Shown here piece after piece: positions 53,737 through 63,235 of a stretch of DNA of 64,000 nt; within the stretch, counting starts at the first letter, position 1; each line of letters opens with the position of its first letter. Origin of the DNA: an uncultured Acidobacterium sp. (GTDB lineage: Bacteria; Acidobacteriota; Vicinamibacteria; Vicinamibacterales; UBA2999). The stretch lies in the NCBI GenBank assembly GCA_964350785.1, contig CAYGMD010000001.1, positions 6,853 through 70,852 of the forward strand. Reading direction: 5' to 3'. Both the position numbers and the translations under genes were made by a program. The notes beneath the pieces were generated by a model, which was given only the letters and a program-made list of their open reading frames with translations, did no database searches and was not told the DNA's origin.

Positions 53737-55137
53737 ATGAGTGAGACCTTGCCGCCTGCCGAGGCGTCGTCGCCGGTTGCTGTGTTGCGGAATCCAACCA
53801 CGGTGGCCGGCGCGCTGCTGACGACGATTTCGGTGCTCCTGTTCCTCGGCTTCTTCATGGTCGAATTGGCCGGCGTCACGGGCCACGAAAACCCGTATCT
53901 CGGCATCATCTTCTTTATCACGCTGCCGACCCTGGCCGTCGTCGGCCTGCTGCTGATCCCGCTCGGCGCCTGGATGGAGCGGCGGCGCCAGCTAAAGGGC
54001 CGGCCGCCCAGCCTGCGGCTCTGGCCGCGAATCGATCTCAATCACCCGCAGACGCGCGCGATCCTGTTTGCCATCGCGGCGCTGACGCCGGTCAACATGC
54101 TGATCGTCTCGGCCGCCGCCTACAAGGGCGTGGAGGCGATGGACTCGGTGGAGTTCTGCGGCGCGACCTGTCATGAGGTGATGGAGCCGGAGTACGTCGC
54201 CTATCAGAACGGTCCGCATGCGCGCGTCAAGTGCGTGTCGTGCCATATCGGCTCGGGTGCCGGCTGGTTTGCCAAGTCGAAGCTGTCGGGCACGCGCCAG
54301 GTGTTCGCGGTGCTGTTGAACACGCATAGCCGGCCGATCCCGTCGCCGGTGCACGACCTGCGCCCGGCGCGAGAAACCTGCGCCGAGTGCCACTGGCCAA
54401 CCCAGTTCCACGGCGACAAGATCGAGACCCGGCACGAGTTCGCCGCCGACGAAGCCAACACCGAGTCGGTGACCACGCTGCGGCTGCGCATCGGCGGCGT
54501 CGACGCGACAGGCAAGCCGGGAGGCATCCACTGGCACGTGGCCGAGCAGAACATCGTCGAGTACATCGCCCTCGACCGGGATCGGCAGAAGATCGGCTAC
54601 GTCAAGCTGACGACCGCCGACGGCGGGACGCGCGAGTACTACAGCGAAGGCGTGACCGAGGCGCAGCTCGCCGCCGGCGAGCGCCGGCGGATGGACTGCG
54701 TCGACTGCCACAACCGCCCGAGCCACATTTTCGCGCCGTCGGCCGAGCGCGCGGTCAACGTCGCGATGGCGGCGGGGGCGATCAGCAAGGACCTGCCCTT
54801 TGCGAAGCGCGAGGCGGTGGCGGCGCTGACCACGCTTTATCCCGATCGCGCCACCGCCGAACGCGAGATTGCCAATCGGGTGAGCGCGTTCTACCGCGAT
54901 GGCTACCCCGCGCTGTGGACGTCGCGGCAGGCCGACATCGCCCGCACCGTGCAGGGGGTACAAGCCTTGCACAGCCGTAACGTGTTCCCGGCGATGAAAG
55001 TGACATTCGGAACCCACCCGGACAACAAGGGCCACACGGAGTTCCCTGGCTGTTTCCGGTGTCATGACGAGGAGCACAAAACTCGAGATGGCAAGGTGAT
55101 TTCGCAGGACTGTTCGACGTGTCATGAGGTGTCCTGA
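53737..55137 (+). CDS. membrane-anchored NapC/NirT-like multihaem cytochrome (3 N-terminal TM helices)
   Basis: Starts directly after the upstream stop. Has three hydrophobic helices. ..FCGATCHEVMEPEYVAYQNGPHARVKCVSCHIG.. is NapC/NirT-like. Five CxxCH plus one CxxxCH. Confidence 0.8.
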   Translation: MSETLPPAEASSPVAVLRNPTTVAGALLTTISVLLFLGFFMVELAGVTGHENPYLGIIFFITLPTLAVVGLLLIPLGAWMERRRQLKGRPPSLRLWPRIDLNHPQTRAILFAIAALTPVNMLIVSAAAYKGVEAMDSVEFCGATCHEVMEPEYVAYQNGPHARVKCVSCHIGSGAGWFAKSKLSGTRQVFAVLLNTHSRPIPSPVHDLRPARETCAECHWPTQFHGDKIETRHEFAADEANTESVTTLRLRIGGVDATGKPGGIHWHVAEQNIVEYIALDRDRQKIGYVKLTTADGGTREYYSEGVTEAQLAAGERRRMDCVDCHNRPSHIFAPSAERAVNVAMAAGAISKDLPFAKREAVAALTTLYPDRATAEREIANRVSAFYRDGYPALWTSRQADIARTVQGVQALHSRNVFPAMKVTFGTHPDNKGHTEFPGCFRCHDEEHKTRDGKVISQDCSTCHEVS

Positions 55138-55218
55138 CGAGGGTACGTCGGAGAAGAAGCGGTGGAAATTCCCCACCGATCGGGAAGATTCAGCACCGGC
55201 CCGGTCCGGAGGACTTAT

Positions 55219-56199
55219 ATGTCGATCACCAAATATGTCTTCGTCTTAACAGCCGGCCTCTGGGGGGCGGTGTTCGTGACGCGCGGTGTCGCGTCGCCAC
55301 CCCCGCCGCCGCCACCGGCACCTGTCGTCGTCGAGGCCGCTGCTGCCGAGACGCCCTCGCAGGCGGCGCCCCAGACCCCGCAAGCGGGGTTCATCGGCGC
55401 CGAGGCCTGCGCCACCTGCCACGAGGGCTACGACAAGAGCGTCGAAGGGACCAAGCACGGGTTCAAGGCCAACAGCCGCACGCCGATGGCCAAGATGGGC
55501 TGCGAGTCGTGCCATGGCCCGGGCGAGGCGCATGCCGGCGACCCGGAGAAGATCAAGCCGATTCAGTTTGACAAGGTCAAGGCGAGCGACGCGAACCGGC
55601 AGTGCCAGACCTGCCACAACCGGGGTGAACACGCCCTGTGGGACGGCAGCCAGCACGAGAACCGGAACCTCAAGTGCGTCGACTGCCACAGCGTCCACTC
55701 GGCCCAGGGGCCGGTCCTGATGCGGGCCAAGACGCAACAGATCACGTGCGCCCGCTGCCATCAGACCGTCACCAACAAGCAGCAGCGCTTCAATCACATG
55801 CCGGTGCGCGAGGGCAAGATGACCTGCGCCTCGTGCCACAACGTGCACGGCTCGGTGAACGTGAAGCTGCTGCGAACGGGCACCACCGTGGACCAGAGCT
55901 GCACGAGTTGCCACACCGAGAAGCGCGGGCCCTTCCTGTGGGAGCACGCTCCGGTGGTGGACAGTTGCACGACATGCCACGACTCGCACGGCAGCAATAA
56001 CGACCGGATGCTCGTCGCCAAGCTGCCGTTCCTCTGCCAGCGGTGTCATGTGACCTCGCGGCATCCTCCAACCGTTTACGAGGGCTTCACCCTGAACAAC
56101 TCGCAGAACGCCAACAAGATCTACGGCAAGTCCTGCGCGAACTGCCACCAGCAGGTTCACGGGTCGAACCACCCTAACGGCAAGTTCTTCTTGCGGTAA
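55219..56199 (+). CDS. MtrA/DmsE-family periplasmic decahaem c-type cytochrome
   Basis: ATG after GGAGGA. Signal/anchor sequence plus a Pro-rich linker. Ten CxxCH motifs. The C-terminal half ..CTSCHTEKRGPFLWEHAPVVDSCTTCHDSHGSNNDRML..LCQRCH..GKSCANCHQQVHGSNHPNGKFFLR closely matches my recollection of Shewanella MtrA. Confidence 0.92.
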   Translation: MSITKYVFVLTAGLWGAVFVTRGVASPPPPPPPAPVVVEAAAAETPSQAAPQTPQAGFIGAEACATCHEGYDKSVEGTKHGFKANSRTPMAKMGCESCHGPGEAHAGDPEKIKPIQFDKVKASDANRQCQTCHNRGEHALWDGSQHENRNLKCVDCHSVHSAQGPVLMRAKTQQITCARCHQTVTNKQQRFNHMPVREGKMTCASCHNVHGSVNVKLLRTGTTVDQSCTSCHTEKRGPFLWEHAPVVDSCTTCHDSHGSNNDRMLVAKLPFLCQRCHVTSRHPPTVYEGFTLNNSQNANKIYGKSCANCHQQVHGSNHPNGKFFLR

Positions 56200-56209
56200 C
56201 TGGAGGCAT

Positions 56210-58624
56210 GTGATGCGCAACCGAACTCTGACAATCTGTGCGGCACTGCTACTGGCCTCCGCCCACCAGGCGCTGGCGCAGACGCCGCCGACCAAGCCTC
56301 TGCCGCCTGCTGGCGTGCCCACCGTTGGCCTGGTGGACTTCGGCTTCCGCGGCGGCAGCACTGACGGAGACGAAGCGCGCTTCGAGCGCTACCGGGACCT
56401 GCGCCCGGGGGCGACGACGTTCTTCGAGATGAACAAGGATACGGACAAGTACCGGTTTGGGGCCCGCGCCTCCAACATGGGTTACCGCGACCAGCGCTAC
56501 GCGGCCGAGTACACCAACGGCAGATTCACGATGAGCGGCCTGTATGACGCCATTCCGCTGAACTACCTCTACGACGCGCCGCTTGTGTGGCAGGGCGACG
56601 GCCGCGGCAGGTTCACGCTGGACCTGTCGGCGCGCCAGGCCGTCCAGGGGCCGACCAACCTGCCGGGCGACGGCACGGCAGTGGGGGTACCCTGCGCCCC
56701 GGGCCTCGGACCGACCAGCTGCAACGCCACCACCGCGGCGGCGGCCAAGGCCAACCGGTCGATCTACAACCAGTTGCTGCGGCCGGACGACATGGAAGTG
56801 CTGCGCAGCATTGCCGGAGTGAAATTCACTTACTCGCCGACGCCGTCGTTTGACATCGACGCGGACTTCTCGTCGACCGGCCGCAATGGCTCGATGCCGT
56901 GGGCGGCGTCCTTCGCCTTCAGTAACGCCAACGAGCTGCCGGCGCCGATCGACCACCGTAACAACGAGCTCAAGGCCGGCACCGAATGGGTAAGCGGCAA
57001 GGGCATGTTCCGACTGAACTACTGGGGCAGCTTCTTCGAGAACAGCGTGCAGACGCTGACCTGGGACAACCCGATTCGGGCGACGGACTTCAGTAATGGC
57101 CTGCTGCCCCCGAGCGGGCCTTATGACCCGAGCGCCTACAGCAACGGCAATGGTCCGGCGCTTGGACAGACCGCCCTGTGGCCGAGCAACACGCTCAACT
57201 CGTTTGGCGTCACCGGGATGTACAAGGTGCTGCCCAAAACCACGGTCAACGGCAACGTGCAACTGACCTATATGCGGCAGAACGAGTCGCTGCTGCCGTG
57301 GTCGCTCAATTCGTCGGTCAATAACGCTGCCGTCCTGGATGTATTCCACGGCTTGCGCGCCCTTCCCCGGGCCTCGGCACAAGCCGAGGTGAACAGCCTG
57401 AACGCGTTGGTCAATTTCAACAGCCGGCCGACGAGCTACCTCACCCTGCAGGCGCGCTACCGCTACAACGAGCACGACAACAACACCCCGCACTTCGACG
57501 GCCGCGAGTACGTGCGCTTCGACGGCGTGCCCGAGGAGCTGCGCGACGATCCGTTGACGCCGTTTGTCGAAGGCTTCTCGGAGTACTTCCACATCACGCG
57601 GAAGAACTTCGACGCCAACGCCACGTTCGGGTTGCGCGACATGGGCTCGTTGCGCGTGGGGTACGCCAACGAGATGTTCGAACGCGAGGGGCGCGGCTTC
57701 AGCGATGTGTCGGAGAACATGTTCCGGGCGGCCTATGACGCCAACCTGTTCAGCCGGGCCACGGTCAGGGCCACTTTCGACGCGGGCAGCCGGCGCGGCG
57801 ACGGCTACATCCTGAGCGGCATCGACTACGAGTTGGGCCCGGCGGGCACGCAGCCTGGGCTGCGTTACTACGACGAGGCCGATCGCGATCGGACGCGCGC
57901 GGCCTTCATCTTCAGCGTCAATCCGGCGCCGATGGTCGACCTGTTCGTGCAGTGGTCCACCACCCGGGACACGTTCCTGGCCGACGAGTCGATTCCCGCC
58001 GGCCGCGAGCAGTTCGGCCTGTTGAGCCAGGACGTCGACGCGGTGGTCGCGGGCCTCAACTTGAACCCGAACGACACCGTGCACTTCGGGCTCAGCTGGG
58101 GGCGCGATGAGTTCGACGCCTTGCAGAAGTCGCGTAACGCCAGCCCGCCGCCCGACCCGAGCTGGACCGACCCGGCCCGGAATTGGACGCTCGACAACAA
58201 CGAGGTCGTGAACACGCTGATGACCTCTCTCGACTTGATCGGGCTGGCCGACTCCAAAGCGGACATCCGGTTCAGCTACGAGATGAACGACTCGGATAAT
58301 GCGTTCACCTATGGCGGCCCGCGCATCGCGGCCCTGCAGGTGGCCAACACCTTCATCCCGCTGCCCAACGTCGTCAACGAGTGGCAGCGCGTCACCGTCG
58401 ACCTGAAGTACTTCCTGACGTCGAAAGTCGGCGCCGGCATCGGCTACGCCTTCGACAAGCAGAACATCACCGACTTCAACACCATCGATTCCAACGGTCC
58501 CGTGGGCTTTGCGGACGCCACGGGCGTCCCGCGGATCGATTGGCTGGGCAGCCTGAGAACCGGCTACGGCAATCGGCCCTACGAGGGGCACCGGGTGTTC
58601 GCGCGCCTGCTGTATCGCTTCTAG
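56210..58624 (+). CDS. MtrB/PioB-family decahaem-associated outer-membrane beta-barrel
   Basis: 10-nt gap after the decahaem gene. Signal peptide ..LLLASAHQALAQ. 804 aa, beta-rich. ..FRGGSTDGDEARFERYRDLR.. start region and a C-terminal ..RLLYRF. Confidence 0.85.
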   Translation: MMRNRTLTICAALLLASAHQALAQTPPTKPLPPAGVPTVGLVDFGFRGGSTDGDEARFERYRDLRPGATTFFEMNKDTDKYRFGARASNMGYRDQRYAAEYTNGRFTMSGLYDAIPLNYLYDAPLVWQGDGRGRFTLDLSARQAVQGPTNLPGDGTAVGVPCAPGLGPTSCNATTAAAAKANRSIYNQLLRPDDMEVLRSIAGVKFTYSPTPSFDIDADFSSTGRNGSMPWAASFAFSNANELPAPIDHRNNELKAGTEWVSGKGMFRLNYWGSFFENSVQTLTWDNPIRATDFSNGLLPPSGPYDPSAYSNGNGPALGQTALWPSNTLNSFGVTGMYKVLPKTTVNGNVQLTYMRQNESLLPWSLNSSVNNAAVLDVFHGLRALPRASAQAEVNSLNALVNFNSRPTSYLTLQARYRYNEHDNNTPHFDGREYVRFDGVPEELRDDPLTPFVEGFSEYFHITRKNFDANATFGLRDMGSLRVGYANEMFEREGRGFSDVSENMFRAAYDANLFSRATVRATFDAGSRRGDGYILSGIDYELGPAGTQPGLRYYDEADRDRTRAAFIFSVNPAPMVDLFVQWSTTRDTFLADESIPAGREQFGLLSQDVDAVVAGLNLNPNDTVHFGLSWGRDEFDALQKSRNASPPPDPSWTDPARNWTLDNNEVVNTLMTSLDLIGLADSKADIRFSYEMNDSDNAFTYGGPRIAALQVANTFIPLPNVVNEWQRVTVDLKYFLTSKVGAGIGYAFDKQNITDFNTIDSNGPVGFADATGVPRIDWLGSLRTGYGNRPYEGHRVFARLLYRF

Positions 58625-58747
58625 GAACTAACCAGGGGGCGGCTACCGCAGCCGTCCCCTGAACGGTGTGAGGTTGAGCCGCAAGGCACTGCGGCCGGGG
58701 ATGCGCGGCTCGCCGCCGAACACGTTGCCAAAGCAAGGAGGGGTTCC

Positions 58748-59191
58748 ATGCGCACTCTCGCCGTTCTCACCCTCTCGGCCGTCCTCGCCGGCTGTGCCCC
58801 ACCCAAGCCCGTCCGCATCGTGGAGGGCGAAGCCTGCGCGCGCTGCCGACGCCCTATCGACAACCTCCAGGTTACAGCTCAGCAAGTGTCGCCGAACGGC
58901 TTCGGCACCAAGTTCAGAACCGTGCACTGCATGGCGACCTGGATCGCCCAGCAGAAGGCGCCGGTCGACGGCCGTTACTGGGTCACCGACTACCAGCGGC
59001 GCCGGTGGATTACGGCGGAACGGGCCACCTACGTACGGGTGGTGATCAACCCCAACTCGATGGAGCGCGACTTCATCGCGTTTGCCGACGCGGCCGCCGC
59101 CGAGGAAGCGGCGCGGACCAATCAGAGTACGACCGTTCGCTGGGCCGATGTGATCGAGCTTGGACGGACGTCGCCGCTCGGCGGCAGCTGA
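58748..59191 (+). CDS. NosL-like lipoprotein (putative metallochaperone)
   Basis: AAGGAGGGG RBS. Lipobox ..VLAGC... ..CARCRRPIDN..(F)..HCMATW.. and ..NSMERDFIAFADAAAAEEAA...VRWADV.. resemble the NosL pattern. Confidence 0.5.
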   Translation: MRTLAVLTLSAVLAGCAPPKPVRIVEGEACARCRRPIDNLQVTAQQVSPNGFGTKFRTVHCMATWIAQQKAPVDGRYWVTDYQRRRWITAERATYVRVVINPNSMERDFIAFADAAAAEEAARTNQSTTVRWADVIELGRTSPLGGS

Positions 59192-59203
59192 CACCATGCT
59201 GAA

Positions 59204-59509
59204 ATGAGTTGTTACGAGGATCTCGCGGCGATCACGACCAGGAGCTTTCACCGGGGACTGTCGTGCGGGGGCTGCCACGGTCCGGCGACGGGCCACGCGG
59301 CCGACCCTGGGGCGATGAAGCCGCCCGCGCCGCGCGACCGGAAGTTCTGCCCGGTCTGCCATTTCTACGACCCGTCGCGGCCAACCGGCTTCCCGCAGAT
59401 CAATCCGACGGCGCACAATCCCCTCAAGCAGTGCATCGCGTGCCACAGTCCGCACGACCCGGCGACCTCCGCAGCAAGGCCAGCCGGCTGGTGCGCTTCG
59501 CGCGGATGA
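59204..59509 (+). CDS. trihaem cytochrome c fragment-like ORF without a signal peptide
   Basis: CGGCHGPATGHAADPG.. (similar to the second haem site of the decahaem protein), CPVCH and CIACHSPHDP. There is no N-terminal export signal, so it may be truncated or frameshifted. Confidence 0.45.
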   Translation: MSCYEDLAAITTRSFHRGLSCGGCHGPATGHAADPGAMKPPAPRDRKFCPVCHFYDPSRPTGFPQINPTAHNPLKQCIACHSPHDPATSAARPAGWCASRG

Positions 59510-59611
59510 ACAAGATCCACGTCCTCAAGCCGGCGCTCAACACCGAGCCCAAGGTGTACTACGCCCAACTCGACGGAGAAGTGCGGTGAGCCCCGAAGCG
59601 ACGGCGCGGTT

Positions 59612-59866
59612 ATGAGCCTGATCGTGCTGCAGGTGCTGATCGGCATGCTGGTGCCGCTGGGCATCCTGATCATCGCCAAGTCGCGGAAGCTGAGCGACGA
59701 CGGCCGCCGGCTGCTCTACTTCACGGCGGTGATCCTGATCCAGATGGGCATCGAGGGGTTCCTGACCGCCCTCGGCCTGCTGATCCTGCCCTTCGTGGTG
59801 CTGGCGGTCCTGATCAAACTGCTGCCGACGCGGCCGCTCGCCGGGGAGGCGCACTCGCCCGCGTGA
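59612..59866 (+). CDS. small hydrophobic hypothetical protein (2-3 TM)
   Basis: 84-aa ORF with strongly GC3-biased codons. Sequence MSLIVLQVLIGMLVPLGILIIAK...LLILPFVVLAVLIKLL. The RBS is weak. Confidence 0.45.
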   Translation: MSLIVLQVLIGMLVPLGILIIAKSRKLSDDGRRLLYFTAVILIQMGIEGFLTALGLLILPFVVLAVLIKLLPTRPLAGEAHSPA

Positions 59867-59876
59867 GCACCGGCGA

Positions 59877-61592
59877 TCAGCCGGGCAGCCGCCGCAGCCG
59901 CGGCACCAGCACCAGCGCGGCGCCGTAGCAGGCCAGCGCCGCGAACAGGGTCGAGGCCTGCGAGTGGCGAAGGTCGATCAACACCAGCTTGACGCCGGCC
60001 GCCGCGAGTAGCGGATACGCGAGGTGGCCCAGGACCGAGAAGCGTCCGGTGCGCGACACCCCCGCGCACCCGAGCGCGAGCCCCGACAGGGTGGCGGTTC
60101 GGATCGTGGTCACGACGTCGGCGCTCACCGGCAGCGACAGGGCGCCGGCCGCGGCGGCCAGCGCCGGCGCGACCAGGCCACCGATCCCGCCCACCGCGAC
60201 CACGCCGAGGGCCAGGCCGGGCGCGTCGGCCGCCGACAGCGCGAGGCCGCGGCTGGCGGTCAGCCGGCTCCCACACAGGGCAAGCACCACCGCCAACACC
60301 ACCAGCGCGGGCCACTGCGCCAGGTCCACGGACGCCGCGGCGCCCATGAACAGCGCCAGGCCCAGGTTCACGAGGCCGGCGTCTTCGGAGGCGGCCACCA
60401 GGGCAATCGCCGTGTGCGCGCCAAGGGTGGCCCGCGACGACCGCGACCACGCCGCCGCCAGCGCGATGCCCACGCCGGTCAGGGCCAGCGATCGGGCCGC
60501 GTCGTGGAGGGCCGTCCACGTCCCCGCCATCGTGAAGATCAGCGCCAGCGAACTGTAGAAGTAGAAATTGAGCGCGCCGGGCGCCTGGCGCGCCAGGAAC
60601 TGGAAGGACACGGCATACGCGGCCGCACCCAGGCCGACAATGGCGCCGCCGAGCAGCAGGTCGTTCCCTTCGACGGTGTGCCCAACGGCAATCATGCCCC
60701 CGAGGCCGACGGCAAGCACCAGCACCGTCTGCACGAACTCGAACACGATCACCTGGCGGCCGCGCACCAGCGTGCGGACGGCGATCGAACCCAGATAGGC
60801 CAGCAGCAGGAACAGCTGGCTCGCCCACGCCAGCGAGGCGGAATCGACCGGCGGCTGCGTCATGGCGCGAACGGTGACGCCCAGCACGGCGAGGCACGCC
60901 AGTGCCCCGGCCGGCCAGCGCAAGCCGCGCCACTCACGCAGGTAACCCAGCCACAACGTGGCGACGCCAAGGCTCGTGAAGAAGAACGCGACGGGCGCCA
61001 GCGTGCCGGTCCGCGCCATCAGCGTCAGCCCGGTCGCGAGTGCGCCCGCGGTGGTCAGCCACGCGAGGACCGAAGTCCGGCCGTAGTTGGCGCAGAGCAG
61101 CGCACAGGCGGTGAAGAGGCCGAGGGCCACGGCGGCACTCACCGGCGTGAACAGCCCGAACTTGAGCGCCGCTTCGACGATCAGCGGGAAGCCGATGATG
61201 AGCGCGGTCCCGCCATCGAAAATTGCGCGCAAGCGGTGGCCGGCGGCGGCCGAGCGCGTGGAGGTGGCCAGCCAGGCCAAGGCATACAGGAGGCCCACCG
61301 CCACGCCCGCGGCCGGCGGCCAGGTGCCGGCCTCGGTGAGGGCGCGCAGCAGGAAGGCGCCGCCGAGGATGATGAGCGATCGCCCGAGGTTCGTGAGACC
61401 GCCCAGCAGGTCGAACGCGGGGCGTGGCGCCGGCCGAGCGGCTTGGGCGAACCCGCCCGCCGCGGCCGGCGGCGCGGCGCCCTCGATGACGGCCAGGCGG
61501 GCTTCGACCTCCGCCAGGCGGCGGGTCAGGACCGCAATTTGATCGTCGATCGAACCCGTCGGAGGCGGCATCTTCATACCCTCCCGGGACAA
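59877..61592 (-). CDS. DUF2339-like polytopic membrane protein
   Basis: An N-terminal coiled segment (..DDQIAVLTRRLAEVEARLAVIEG..) is followed by more than 12 hydrophobic helices. Confidence 0.7.
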   Translation of the reverse strand: MSREGMKMPPPTGSIDDQIAVLTRRLAEVEARLAVIEGAAPPAAAGGFAQAARPAPRPAFDLLGGLTNLGRSLIILGGAFLLRALTEAGTWPPAAGVAVGLLYALAWLATSTRSAAAGHRLRAIFDGGTALIIGFPLIVEAALKFGLFTPVSAAVALGLFTACALLCANYGRTSVLAWLTTAGALATGLTLMARTGTLAPVAFFFTSLGVATLWLGYLREWRGLRWPAGALACLAVLGVTVRAMTQPPVDSASLAWASQLFLLLAYLGSIAVRTLVRGRQVIVFEFVQTVLVLAVGLGGMIAVGHTVEGNDLLLGGAIVGLGAAAYAVSFQFLARQAPGALNFYFYSSLALIFTMAGTWTALHDAARSLALTGVGIALAAAWSRSSRATLGAHTAIALVAASEDAGLVNLGLALFMGAAASVDLAQWPALVVLAVVLALCGSRLTASRGLALSAADAPGLALGVVAVGGIGGLVAPALAAAAGALSLPVSADVVTTIRTATLSGLALGCAGVSRTGRFSVLGHLAYPLLAAAGVKLVLIDLRHSQASTLFAALACYGAALVLVPRLRRLPG

Positions 61593-61677
61593 GCTACGCT
61601 GTATACTCTACCTCAGCGGTTCGCGGCCCGCCGGTCGCTCGTAACGCGACCACTCTCGCCGCATCGGGGGCACCACC

Positions 61678-62136
61678 ATGTCGTCCCAGGACGCGCCCAA
61701 CCCACCGCGGCGAGCGTTTCTCGACGCACTGCTTGGTCTGGGCTTTGCCTCCTCGATCATCTCCGTCCTCTATCCCGTCTGGCGCTACGTCATTCCACCG
61801 GCCTCGGCCGAGCCGGCCACCGACAGCGTGGTCGCCGGCAAAATCACCGAGTTCAAGCCCAACACCGGCGCGGTCCTGAAGTTCGGCACCAAGCCCGCCC
61901 TGCTGGTGCGCACGAGCGATGGCCAGTTCAAGGCCTACAGCGCCGTGTGCACGCATCTGGATTGCACGGTCCAATACAAGTCGGACACGTCGCAGATCTG
62001 GTGCCCGTGCCACAACGGGATCTACGATCTGTCGGGCGCCGTCGTGTCGGGCCCGCCGCCGCGGCCGCTCGAAAACTTCCAGGTGAACCTGCGCGGCGAA
62101 CCCGGGCAGGAAGACGTCGTCATTTCGCGTACGTGA
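61678..62136 (+). CDS. Rieske [2Fe-2S] subunit of a cytochrome bc/b6f-type complex
   Basis: Tat-like ..[13 protein letters not shown].. N-terminus. Cluster boxes CTHLDC and CPCHNG. Confidence 0.9.
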   Translation: MSSQDAPNPPRRAFLDALLGLGFASSIISVLYPVWRYVIPPASAEPATDSVVAGKITEFKPNTGAVLKFGTKPALLVRTSDGQFKAYSAVCTHLDCTVQYKSDTSQIWCPCHNGIYDLSGAVVSGPPPRPLENFQVNLRGEPGQEDVVISRT

Positions 62137-62155
62137 TACGCGGGAAAGTGGAGCC

Positions 62156-63235
62156 GTGACCCAGCGGGTGTTTGCGTGGCTCGACGAACGGCTCGACCTG
62201 AGCGCGCTGCGCGCCTTCGTCGCCGGGAAGACGGTGCCGAAACACCGGCATAGTGTCTGGTATTACATGGGCGGCATCACGCTGTTCCTGGTCGGCGTGC
62301 AAGTGGCCACCGGCATCCTGTTGCTCCTGTATTACCGGCCGAGCGCCGGCGAGGCCTACGAGAGCGTGCAGTTCATCGTCAGCCAGGTGCAGTTCGGCTG
62401 GTTGATCCGCAATATCCACGCCTGGTCGGCCAACCTGCTCATCCTGATGGCGTTCGTGCACCTGTTCAGCACGTTCTTCCTGCGCGCCTACCGCAAGCCG
62501 CGCGAGCTGACCTGGGTCAGCGGAGTCCTGTTACTTTTCATCATGCTGGCCTTCGGCTTCAGCGGCTACCTGCTGCCCTGGAACGAGCTGGCGTTTTTCG
62601 CCACCAAGGTGGGCACGGGCAGCGCTGGCGCTGTCCCGGTGGTCGGCGACTTCATCGTTCGCTTCCTGCGCGGCGGAGACGACGTGACCGGCGCGACGCT
62701 CACGCGTTTCTATGGCATCCACGTCGCCATTCTTCCCGCCATCACCACCGTGTTGCTCGGGGCGCACCTGTTGTTCATCCAGCGGCAGGGCATGAGCGTG
62801 CCCCTGAGCGTGGAGAAGAGGGAACAGGCCGGCGAAAAGACCCCGCAGGAGCCCTTCTTCCCGAACTACGTGCTGCACGACGTGATGTGGTGGTACATCG
62901 CGCTCGCGGTGCTCGCCGCACTGTCCCTGTTTCTGCCGTGGGAGTTGGGCACGAAAGCGGATGCGTTTGCCTCGGTGCCCGCGGGCATCCGCCCCGAGTG
63001 GTACTTCCTCGCCATGTTCCAGACCTTGAAGCTGATCCCCAGCCACGTGCTGGGACTCGAAGGCGAAATGCTCGGCGTGCTCGGCTTCGGTGCCGCGGCC
63101 GGATTGCTGCTGGCGATGCCGTTCCTCGATCGCCACGCCGCAGACGGACGGCCCAGCAAAGTGATCACCGCCGCGGGCATCCTCGCGGTCATCTACCTGG
63201 TCGTATTCACCATATATGGCTACCTGGCTGCGTAA
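62156..63235 (+). CDS. cytochrome b (fused b6 + subunit IV type)
   Basis: ..[26 protein letters not shown].., ..[28 protein letters not shown].. and ..[18 protein letters not shown].. motifs. Confidence 0.92.
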   Translation: MTQRVFAWLDERLDLSALRAFVAGKTVPKHRHSVWYYMGGITLFLVGVQVATGILLLLYYRPSAGEAYESVQFIVSQVQFGWLIRNIHAWSANLLILMAFVHLFSTFFLRAYRKPRELTWVSGVLLLFIMLAFGFSGYLLPWNELAFFATKVGTGSAGAVPVVGDFIVRFLRGGDDVTGATLTRFYGIHVAILPAITTVLLGAHLLFIQRQGMSVPLSVEKREQAGEKTPQEPFFPNYVLHDVMWWYIALAVLAALSLFLPWELGTKADAFASVPAGIRPEWYFLAMFQTLKLIPSHVLGLEGEMLGVLGFGAAAGLLLAMPFLDRHAADGRPSKVITAAGILAVIYLVVFTIYGYLAA

